A stretch of DNA of 64,000 nt from Botryllus schlosseri. Lineage: Eukaryota. Under the pieces are notes generated by a model. That model ran no database searches. It was not told the DNA's origin and saw only the letters and a list, made by a program, of their open reading frames with translations. The stretch lies in assembly GCA_051294905.1 (NCBI GenBank), contig CM119380.1, forward strand, positions 25,916,001 to 25,980,000, written 5' to 3'. A program made the translations under genes and the position numbers. Below, piece after piece: positions 49,367 to 61,300 of the stretch (its first letter is position 1; the number at the start of each line of letters is the position of its first letter).

Positions 49367-52300
49367 AGTAGTATATAAATGGGCGGAATCCCCTCATTCG
49401 CGATTTATAATAAACAAACAAAGATTATCAGTATAATAAACAATTAAAGAATTACCCGATTCTCATTTTTGCAGCAATACTTTTATGACCCTGTGTGCGG
49501 CAATCAAAAAGGGGGAATAATTAACGCTAGAGAGAAAAAGAACAAAGAATCTCGATTGACCTTTGTACTCTGGCCAGACATGAAACTTATTGATTAGTAA
49601 TTCTACTTGTACTTTTCCACTCGCCTCCTGATTTAATCTGTCTCGCTCGACCTCTGGACAAGGACACGAAACTAGAGCTGACTTCGGTCGTACGCGACGG
49701 GGCTTGGTAATAGTTGCCTGCCGACAAATCGCCCTGACCTATCGTTTTGTGGTCCAATTTCGTGACGGGGCTTTAGGAATAATTGCCCGTCAAACCACCC
49801 TGGTTGACTTGTCGTTTCGCGGTTGACTCGATTTCTTGTACGGGGGGGGGCATAGGAATAATTATCGGTCGTGACGTGAATAAAGTTTTCTCCTGATCGG
49901 TGAGATCCTGGTGCGTGTTTTAGGTGTCTATACGTTCGGCTGTGCATTGTGACGCTTGTAGTCTGTTCCATACTGTCGTACTTGCTCTTGCTTTGTTGTC
50001 GACTTAAATAGTAAGGAGAAATGATCTGTTCTGGTTATAAATATGTGTATCATTTTGAGTCATATCGAGAACCAGAAAGAATGTCGTGTATTAGAAATAG
50101 GTATTAGGCGCCCCCGACATAGATTAACTTAAATAAAGTAACATTTAAAATATAATAAGTAATTAGAGAAATAGCTGATTCTCAATTTTGCTCGCATCAA
50201 CGTGTTAACCCCCGGTATTACGTACCTAGTATTCGGTGCAAGCGGCAAATGTCGCTGTTCCATACCTATACCGCGTTCTAGCGTCTTAGGACAGACAGTC
50301 CGATCCGAACAATGTATTTATGATGGGTTCTTTTTACTGCTTCACGTCCGGTCAAGCGTAATCATACCAGTGCCTATAAATGATACGTAATTTACCGCGG
50401 GATATTAATTTTGTATGCTGTATATGATATACAACTTGAATCGATCAGTTGTCGAACTGATGCTTTACCCGTCTGTACGATCGATCACGAGCTCACCACG
50501 CACTTGTCGTTCGAGAGCGACTCATTTCGCTATAGACAATCAGTTGTGTTCGCGTGTACCGTAACATATCCTCAACACTTGTTATGCCAACGCCTCCACG
50601 CGTGTTTACAATATCATACTAAGGAACTATTGCTTCGGCAGCCACGCACTGTCGCTCGAAGTCAACAAATTTCGCTGCAGACAGTCAGTTGTAGGCCTAT
50701 TCGCGTATGTGTCGTAAATATATCCTCAACACATGTTATGCCAATACCTCCAAGCATATTTGCGGCATCATAATACGGGTATATTGATTCGGGGGATTGT
50801 TACCGTCAGAGAATTGCTGTGTCACCCCTTTTAGCCTCGCATTTCTCGTTCGAACTCGGTAACTGCGAGTGCGATGTCAGATTCAATTGTACAGTGACGA
50901 ATCGGGGTAGCTCGCTTCATCGGGGATCAGTGGACTGTCTTATTTGTCTGAAACGCGCTCGGTGGTGCAATAATGGGGATGAATTGTGACAGATCATATG
51001 TGATGCGATCTATAGCCTCCTTTCGGTGAGGATGAGTGGGAGATTTCGAAATCGGAATCCACTGCGACTATAGGATTGCAAAATCAAAGTCCAAAAAATC
51101 CGACTGACACGTAAATTCCTGGTTTCTCCGTATATTAGGCTGGGTAAAATGTAACATAAATCCGACTCTCACTTGGACGCATCCAGTCCGGGTTTAACCA
51201 AAACTGATGAAATCTGCGCCGGGTCCGGAAACGAATCGTGACCACCCCGTCCAGACAAAACAGTTCCGTTGTAAGGGGAGTGTCGTTGTACATTAATTTG
51301 CATACAGCGAAACTTTGTATCGACTCATTGTCGGACTTCTGTTTGTCTGTACAGGTGTTATTAGTGTAATTAGATTTGGTACCACAAGGAGCATATTGGT
51401 AAAATCACACAACGATAACAACTTTACCCGCCAACAACTCACATGGGATACATCAGAGGTCTCAAACACGCGCCCCGCGTTTTAGCCACGAGGACGCCAT
51501 TATTTTCGAAACACTAACAAGGTGGTTATTTTGTGTATCTGACGATGAAATTGCACTAAAATCACATCGAACATAGTAGGATCCTAAATAAAATAAGAAA
51601 CTTTCATTCCGCGACCTCAATAGTTACGTTTCACCTAGCTATATTACGGTTATTTTTGTAAGAAACAAGTCAAAAAGTAATATATTATCGTAAAACTCAC
51701 CAAGTCTCCTTTCAGCTTCAGAAATTAAGGTGACAGCTCAGTCTGACCATTAGGCATTCGTTAGGCTATTGTGACTCATTCAACACTCACTTTGTTTGGT
51801 AACAGCGATGGTGGGCGTCTTACCTTACATGGGGTGTTTTACCCCACTCTACCCTAATATAGAGCCTATCAAGTACAAGAAAAATTCTATCCAAATAGTT
51901 ATAAATCCGATGATTCTTTTCGTGCCAGGTCTAAATTGATACAAGAGTAAATCAAATTTTGACGATGTGTGTTTACTTTCAGCCTGCGGGATCGGCTCGC
52001 TTTCAATAGGACAATAAACTCCTGCCAAATAAGGCCTACTTGGAAAGACTCGGAATACTCCTATAAATGCTGCCCGCCTGTTTGACAAAACTCGCGTTTT
52101 CTGGTTGACAGCAATGCGATCCATTTGATGTCCCCATCGACCCTCCTATTTTGATGGGATTACCATACGGCCTCATTCAAGGGAGCATATGTCCTCCTTT
52201 TCCCAGATATGTCAGCCCATTCGGCCAAATGTACTCTCTTTCTGTCAATTTGTCCTCCTTGTTAGCTTAACATATCCAAAAAAACACCACTAGTAACGCA

Positions 52301-55300
52301 AAATGTGGGCCTAGATTACAAAAGTCGGGTACGTGGCCAAATCGGAAAAATGACGCTATGATGGTATTGTGCAGGCTATTACGTGGATACGGGGCCTGTG
52401 TAAACAGGTTTATGTGAATAGTAAAAGCGCGCCAAACTATCGTTACATGAAAAAGATCGAGCACACTCGACCATGTCGGGGTATACTTACCCTAGTACAG
52501 CCAAATGCTCCCATGTCGTAGCGGGAATAACCGGGGAGCATGGTAAATAATTCTCACAAGAAGTACTTTATAACGGTGTGAAATCTACGTCGTTCGTTAC
52601 GCGACGAGAATGAAGCAAGGCGCCACTGCAATCACTCTCTACACAACGTGCTAAGCACTGTAGGGGATACGCAACTACCGATTCTGGTCCGAGGAGCGAG
52701 ATATATGTAACGATTTACGACACATGCTAAATTTCCTTTCAAATGAAGTACAAAATGTGGCTTTTGAAGTACTCAAGTAGAAGTAGTTTTAAATAATAGT
52801 TGGTATCGTAAAATTACTTTCTAGTTTCATTATAAAGAGTAGGTTCCCATAGAACTGTCGAACCCAAGCACTTCAATATCCTATACCCAGCCCACCGACT
52901 GCAGAAGCTGCCCATCCCCGATGTAACATGTAAATGGTGCAATAGCGACAGCTAACGGTTGTCAATCATCCATAAAAAAAAAACTAGCCAGTAATACAGC
53001 CCTCAAGGATAACCTAGGAATATCTATGCGAGTCGACTCGATTGGCCCATGCGGCAAGTTTAGACACGAAAGCATTTTTAGGTGTGATATAATCCCAGTA
53101 TTTGTACTGTATTTTTCCAAGCACACATACCACAATCGAAAACGTAGTTCGCCCGTCTGACTCCCAACATTTGCCTCGAACAAAAGTGTCGGGTATATGT
53201 GACCATGGATGTACGACAAGTCTGTCCACCACTTTTGAGTAGATATTTGGAAAGACCGGCTCGTGATCACCTCCATACAAGGCATAATAGTTCTGCGTGC
53301 AGCGAAACTTTGCAGCGACCTATTTGCGGGGTGTGCATGTGTTGTTAGTGCAATCGTGTTTAGCACAACAAGAACGTAGTAATTTGAGGGTGAATAAAAT
53401 CTTACCCCACAACGATACCAACTTTACCCCCTCAACGACTCCAACGGGATGTATTTATGTGGATTTCATATTATTATGAAAAGCTAATCGACCACAAGAT
53501 ACTGTTACGTGCCATCCCCTTCGGTAGAGTTGTTAGTATTGTAACATGATGATCGGGAGCTATGACCTTTTACCCCCAGGTCTAAAAGGGTAGGAGAATT
53601 AGTTAGTGATACACCCGTCGGACGGTGTGGTATTCGACAAAATCACTCTGTTTTTACTACGGAAACGATGATCACACTGACGGGCTCTCATCACTTGTCG
53701 TACGAATGCTTGTAATTTCGGTTTGATGTGCGCAAATCAGCTGTGATCATTCGAGTGTGACGCGATCGAGGTCAGTCCTATCAGGTGTTTGAGAAAACTC
53801 GTATATTCAGTAAGGTTGACGGCAATGCGATATATTTGATGTCCCATTGATCCTCATACTAATAGGGGGATTGTCATACGTCCTCCTTCTCCAGGAAAAT
53901 ATCCTCGCACAAATGCACTCCTTTTTGTGAATTTATCTTCCGTTTTAGCTTAAAATACCCAAAAAATACCATGAATAACGCGAAATAAGGACCTACGAGA
54001 TACGGGCAGGGTCTATCTTACTGTTTTCGCATAATCGTGTTATTCAAATGTAGGATTTTGGTGTAGGTCTGATTGATAACTTTATAAAAGTGCGGTAAAC
54101 TCAGTACAAAACTACTTTCTGCTTTTTAAAGTCAAACGTGTAAAGAATATGTAATTTCACCTGAAACGGTTGAGGAGTAAGTTAAAACGACTTGGGTATA
54201 TAGCACAAGTACCGAGTACTCGAATTAGTAGCGTGACACCATTACTCAACCAAGTCCACAACACACAAACCGAGGAAATAATATACAGATATGGAAATAA
54301 CCCACGATATTTTCCGCTGACACGTGTCAGTACAACTCGACATTCAAGTCCATCTGGCTGCGGCTTGCAATTTGAAAGAGTTTGAAAAACCAGGGTGGTA
54401 GCCTATACCTAAAAACGTGGTATTGTTTTGTACGTTACGATTCTTTCTAGCCAGTTCGTCAGCTGCTAAATTAGTGCGTGTTGCATATGATACTTTAGAT
54501 AATTCGGCGAACGTTGCGAGTCTGCAGAATTCACAGCGGTGATAACTCGACGCAATGAATACGTGTTTCTATCCTAGCGGATCAAAGTGTCTCTCCATCC
54601 TCGTTATGCCAAAACACTTTTGTAAACACGGCGTATTAAAACAGACGTAGCCATCATAAAATCAACCAAAACCAATGTTCCATAGCGAATCTGATGTTAT
54701 CGATGACAAAAGTTATGGCCACCTCGTCTATGTCTAGCTCTATGGTACAACATGTCGAATTTTGTTTGCCAATCCCCGTCGGTTCAGTACAAGGCACGTG
54801 ATCTCAATAAAAACGAACGCGCAACCGAAACAGGTGAACTTTGTGTGATGTGTATTTTTGATAACACCGATATGGCAAACTTAAATCTCTCTGCTGACAA
54901 TAAAGTTGCTTATAATTAATCAAGCAACCCGGGGAGCAACAACTCGTAAACACGAATCGAATGGTCACGCCAACATCCCCGGGTATTCGATAGAACCGCT
55001 AATACCGCGGTAACCCAACTTCTGTAATCGTACATGTACGAAGCATTTGAATAGTGTTGCTCTGTGGCTCTTGGACTTCCAAGGACACTACGAGCGTAAG
55101 TCAATCTCACTGTTTGGAGTGCTAATGTCGCACCGTCGCAATAATGATCACTCGCTTATGTGTAGAAAGCGGAAATTGACGCCTGGGTTATTTGTACGAC
55201 CTCATAGCTTTGGTAAACTTACTAAAGCGGAAAGTCTCTGACAAGTTAGACATTGATTGATGTTCGTTCTCTTGCTAGCGATGATAATCGTTGGTACATG

Positions 55301-58300
55301 CTTTAAATTTTTTGTTATAATCGGGTGTGGTCACAAATAGACAGGGAACAACTTTGATGCGTTCAACAGAATACGCATGTAACACATCTTATTCCGGGCC
55401 GTAACCTATCGTTTTCCCCCACCTTCTATATGATAAACGTCGCCTTTACTCAGGGGTGTGCCGATGACCTAAGGAACCACAGGCTCTAACGTGTCATTTC
55501 GTTACTATTTCAACGTCACATGACAGCGTAGGTAGGCGTTGGGGTATGGTGCCCATCAATACAGTGTTGAACGCGATCCATAAGGACACCCACTTCGTGC
55601 TATACGTTTAAATAAATATTTTTACTCGTTACTACCACCTGGTGCGGGGTAGTGAGGTTGGTACAAAATTGAAACAGCCAATATAAACTAGGGGCTTATT
55701 ATTATTAATTATTAAACATCGTGTCCAGCTGCTTATAGAACGAAGGTTTTCTGCACCACAAACCAGTTCATTACACCTAATAACACAAGGGAAATTGTGT
55801 GTAAAGTACCATCCCATAACACATACTCAAAATCAACTAGTGATTTTCAAATGGATGTTATTGTGCTTTGCAATGGTTGTTAGCGGACATGGGGTGATAA
55901 TTTCATCAATATAATCGATTGCGATTACTGTTGTCACGGGACTATAACTACGGTTACAGAAAAATCTTGAAGTAGTCGAAACGTAATCACTAGCGTGCTA
56001 TTGTTTTACTCATTTTCCCCGTCATATGGCACCGACTATAAGCATTGATACAATACAGAGTATTGAACGTGATCCTTATAAGCATTGATACAATGTAGCA
56101 TTGACCGCGATCCGTGAGGACCCCTGCTGTGTGCTATTATGTCTAAAATTTATCACTCGTGACCACCACCGTGTGCGAGTTATCAATAAACCACAGAAAC
56201 GCCACTAAGCATAGGAGGAGGTAAATCCCCTACTCTGCCTAGTTTCAAATAGTAACGCAATTACTGACGTTTCGTTGAGTTAAACACAGTTTGAACGCTG
56301 CTGCTTAGCGGGCGGTAGGCCTATGTACAGCGGACATTAATTTGAAATTTTACACTCATTAAATAAATTCATGACAATTTCAAAGCATTAAAATCAACCG
56401 GTGCTAAAACAAATCATACAGTAAATTATACATAAATTATATCTCAAGTTTCGTGTCCTTGTCAAGAGGTCAAGCGTGGCGACTCACGCAGATAGCTAGT
56501 TTATTCTTTTTCGCTACGACATCTCCCCTTTTGATTGCCGTACAACGGGTTATAAAAGTATTGCTACAAAACTGGGAATCAGCTATGTCTTTAATTATCT
56601 ATCATATTGATAATATTGGTTTATTTAAGTTAAATCTTTGTTTGGACGTCTAATGCACATAGACGGGGCTTAGACGTAGTTATATAAGTGTGTATTAAAC
56701 GTCCAAACAAAGATTTAACTTAAATAAACCAATATTATCAATATGATAGATAATTAAAGACATAGCTGATTCCCAGTTTTGTAGCAATACTTTTATAACC
56801 CGTTGTACGGCAATCAAAAGGGGAGATGTCGTAGCGAAAAAGAATAAACTAGCTATCTGCGTGAGTCGCCACGCTTGACCTCTTGACAAGGACACGAAAC
56901 TTGAGATATAATTTATGTATAATTTACTGTATGATTTGTTTTAGCACCGGTTGATTTTAATGCTTTGAAATTGTCATGAATTTATTTAATGAGTGTAAAA
57001 TTTCAAATTAATGTCCGCTGTACATAGGCCTACCGCCCGCTAAGCAGCAGCGTTCAAACTGTGTTTAACTCAACGAAACGTCAGTAATTGCGTTACTATT
57101 TGAAACTAGGCAGAGTAGGGGATTTACCTCCTCCTATGCTTAGTGGCGTTTCTGTGGTTTATTGATAACTCGCACACGGTGGTGGTCACGAGTGATAAAT
57201 TTTAGACATAATAGCACACAGCAGGGGTCCTCACGGATCGCGGTCAATGCTACATTGTATCAATGCTTATAAGGATCACGTTCAATACTCTGTATTGTAT
57301 CAATGCTTATAGTCGGTGCCATATGACGGGGAAAATGAGTAAAACAATAGCACGCTAGTGATTACGTTTCGACTACTTCAAGATTTTTCTGTAACCGTAG
57401 TTATAGTCCCGTGACAACAGTAATCGCAATCGATTATATTGATGAAATTATCACCCCATGTCCGCTAACAACCATTGCAAAGCACAATAACATCCATTTG
57501 AAAATCACTAGTTGATTTTGAGTATGTGTTATGGGATGGTACTTTACACACAATTTCCCTTGTGTTATTAGGTGTAATGAACTAGTTTGTGGTGCAGAAA
57601 ACCTTCGTTCTATAAGCAGCTGGACACGATGTTTAATAATTAATAATAATAAGCCCCTAGTTTATATTGGCTGTTTCAATTTTGTACCAACCTCACTACC
57701 CCGCACCAGGTGGTAGTAACGAGTAAAAATATTTATTTAAACGTATAGCACGAAGTGGGTGTCCTTATGGATCGCGTTCAACACTGTATTGATGGGCACC
57801 ATACCCCAACGCCTACCTACGCTGTCATGTGACGTTGAAATAGTAACGAAATGACACGTTAGAGCCTGTGGTTCCTTAGGTCATCGGCACACCCCTGAGT
57901 AAAAGCGACGTTTATCATATAGAAGGTGGGGGAAAACGATAGGTTACGGCCCGGAATAAGATGTGTTACATGCGTATTGTGTTGAACGCATCAAAGTTGT
58001 TCCCTGTCTATTTGTGACCACACCCGATTATAACAAAAAATTTAAAGCATGTACCAACGATTATCATCGCTAGCAAGAGAACGAACATCAATCAATGTCT
58101 AACTTGTCAGAGACTTTCCGCTTTAGTAAGTTTACCAAAGCTATGAGGTCGTACAAATAACCCAGGCGTCAATTTCCGCTTTCTACACATAAGCGAGTGA
58201 TCATTATTGCGACGGTGCGACATTAGCACTCCAAACAGTGAGATTGACTTACGCTCGTAGTGTCCTTGGAAGTCCAAGAGCCACAGAGCAACACTATTCA

Positions 58301-61300
58301 AATGCTTCGTACATGTACGATTACAGAAGTTGGGTTACCGCGGTATTAGCGGTTCTATCGAATACCCGGGGATGTTGGCGTGACCATTCGATTCGTGTTT
58401 ACGAGTTGTTGCTCCCCGGGTTGCTTGATTAATTATAAGCAACTTTATTGTCAGCAGAGAGATTTAAGTTTGCCATATCGGTGTTATCAAAAATACACAT
58501 CACACAAAGTTCACCTGTTTCGGTTGCGCGTTCGTTTTTATTGAGATCACGTGCCTTGTACTGAACCGACGGGGATTGGCAAACAAAATTCGACATGTTG
58601 TACCATAGAGCTAGACATAGACGAGGTGGCCATAACTTTTGTCATCGATAACATCAGATTCGCTATGGAACATTGTTTTTGGTTGATTTTATGATGGCTA
58701 CGTCTGTTTTAATACGCCGTGTTTACAAAAGTGTTTTGGCATAACGAGGATGGAGAGACACTTTGATCCGCTAGGATAGAAACACGTATTCATTGCGTCG
58801 AGTTATCACCGCTGTGAATTCTGCAGACTCGCAACGTTCGCCGAATTATCTAAAGTATCATATGCAACACGCACTAATTTAGCAGCTGACGAACTGGCTA
58901 GAAAGAATCGTAACGTACAAAACAATACCACGTTTTTAGGTATAGGCTACCACCCTGGTTTTTCAAACTCTTTCAAATTGCAAGCCGCAGCCAGATGGAC
59001 TTGAATGTCGAGTTGTACTGACACGTGTCAGCGGAAAATATCGTGGGTTATTTCCATATCTGTATATTATTTCCTCGGTTTGTGTGTTGTGGACTTGGTT
59101 GAGTAATGGTGTCACGCTACTAATTCGAGTACTCGGTACTTGTGCTATATACCCAAGTCGTTTTAACTTACTCCTCAACCGTTTCAGGTGAAATTACATA
59201 TTCTTTACACGTTTGACTTTAAAAAGCAGAAAGTAGTTTTGTACTGAGTTTACCGCACTTTTATAAAGTTATCAATCAGACCTACACCAAAATCCTACAT
59301 TTGAATAACACGATAATGCGAAAACAGTAAGATAGACCCTGCCCGTATCTCGTAGGTCCTTATTTCGCGTTATTCATGGTATTTTTTGGGTATTTTAAGC
59401 TAAAACGGAAGATAAATTCACAAAAAGGAGTACATTTGTGCGAGGATATTTTCCTGGAGAAGGAGGACGTATGACAATCCCCCTATTAGTATGAGGATCA
59501 ATGGGACATCAAATATATCGCATTGCCGTCAACTTTACTGAATATACGAGTTTTCTCAAACACCTGATAGGACTGACCTCGATCGCGTCACACTCGAATG
59601 ATCACAGCTGATTTGCGCACATCAAACCGAAATTACAAGCATTCGTACGACAAGTGATGAGAGCCCGTCAGTGTGATCATCGTTTCCGTAGTAAAAACAG
59701 AGTGATTTTGTCGAATACCACACCGTCCGACGGGTGTATCACTAACTAATTCTCCTACCCTTTTAGACCTGGGGGTAAAAGGTCATAGCTCCCGATCATC
59801 ATGTTACAATACTAACAACTCTACCGAAGGGGATGGCACGTAACAGTATCTTGTGGTCGATTAGCTTTTCATAATAATATGAAATCCACATAAATACATC
59901 CCGTTGGAGTCGTTGAGGGGGTAAAGTTGGTATCGTTGTGGGGTAAGATTTTATTCACCCTCAAATTACTACGTTCTTGTTGTGCTAAACACGATTGCAC
60001 TAACAACACATGCACACCCCGCAAATAGGTCGCTGCAAAGTTTCGCTGCACGCAGAACTATTATGCCTTGTATGGAGGTGATCACGAGCCGGTCTTTCCA
60101 AATATCTACTCAAAAGTGGTGGACAGACTTGTCGTAGATCCATGGTCACATATACCCGACACTTTTGTTCGAGGCAAATGTTGGGAGTCAGACGGGCGAA
60201 CTACGTTTTCGATTGTGGTATGTGTGCTTGGAAAAATACAGTACAAATACTGGGATTATATCACACCTAAAAATGCTTTCGTGTCTAAACTTGCCGCATG
60301 GGCCAATCGAGTCGACTCGCATAGATATTCCTAGGTTATCCTTGAGGGCTGTATTACTGGCTAGTTTTTTTTTTATGGATGATTGACAACCGTTAGCTGT
60401 CGCTATTGCACCATTTACATGTTACATCGGGGATGGGCAGCTTCTGCAGTCGGTGGGCTGGGTATAGGATATTGAAGTGCTTGGGTTCGACAGTTCTATG
60501 GGAACCTACTCTTTATAATGAAACTAGAAAGTAATTTTACGATACCAACTATTATTTAAAACTACTTCTACTTGAGTACTTCAAAAGCCACATTTTGTAC
60601 TTCATTTGAAAGGAAATTTAGCATGTGTCGTAAATCGTTACATATATCTCGCTCCTCGGACCAGAATCGGTAGTTGCGTATCCCCTACAGTGCTTAGCAC
60701 GTTGTGTAGAGAGTGATTGCAGTGGCGCCTTGCTTCATTCTCGTCGCGTAACGAACGACGTAGATTTCACACCGTTATAAAGTACTTCTTGTGAGAATTA
60801 TTTACCATGCTCCCCGGTTATTCCCGCTACGACATGGGAGCATTTGGCTGTACTAGGGTAAGTATACCCCGACATGGTCGAGTGTGCTCGATCTTTTTCA
60901 TGTAACGATAGTTTGGCGCGCTTTTACTATTCACATAAACCTGTTTACACAGGCCCCGTATCCACGTAATAGCCTGCACAATACCATCATAGCGTCATTT
61001 TTCCGATTTGGCCACGTACCCGACTTTTGTAATCTAGGCCCACATTTTGCGTTACTAGTGGTGTTTTTTTGGATATGTTAAGCTAACAAGGAGGACAAAT
61101 TGACAGAAAGAGAGTACATTTGGCCGAATGGGCTGACATATCTGGGAAAAGGAGGACATATGCTCCCTTGAATGAGGCCGTATGGTAATCCCATCAAAAT
61201 AGGAGGGTCGATGGGGACATCAAATGGATCGCATTGCTGTCAACCAGAAAACGCGAGTTTTGTCAAACAGGCGGGCAGCATTTATAGGAGTATTCCGAGT

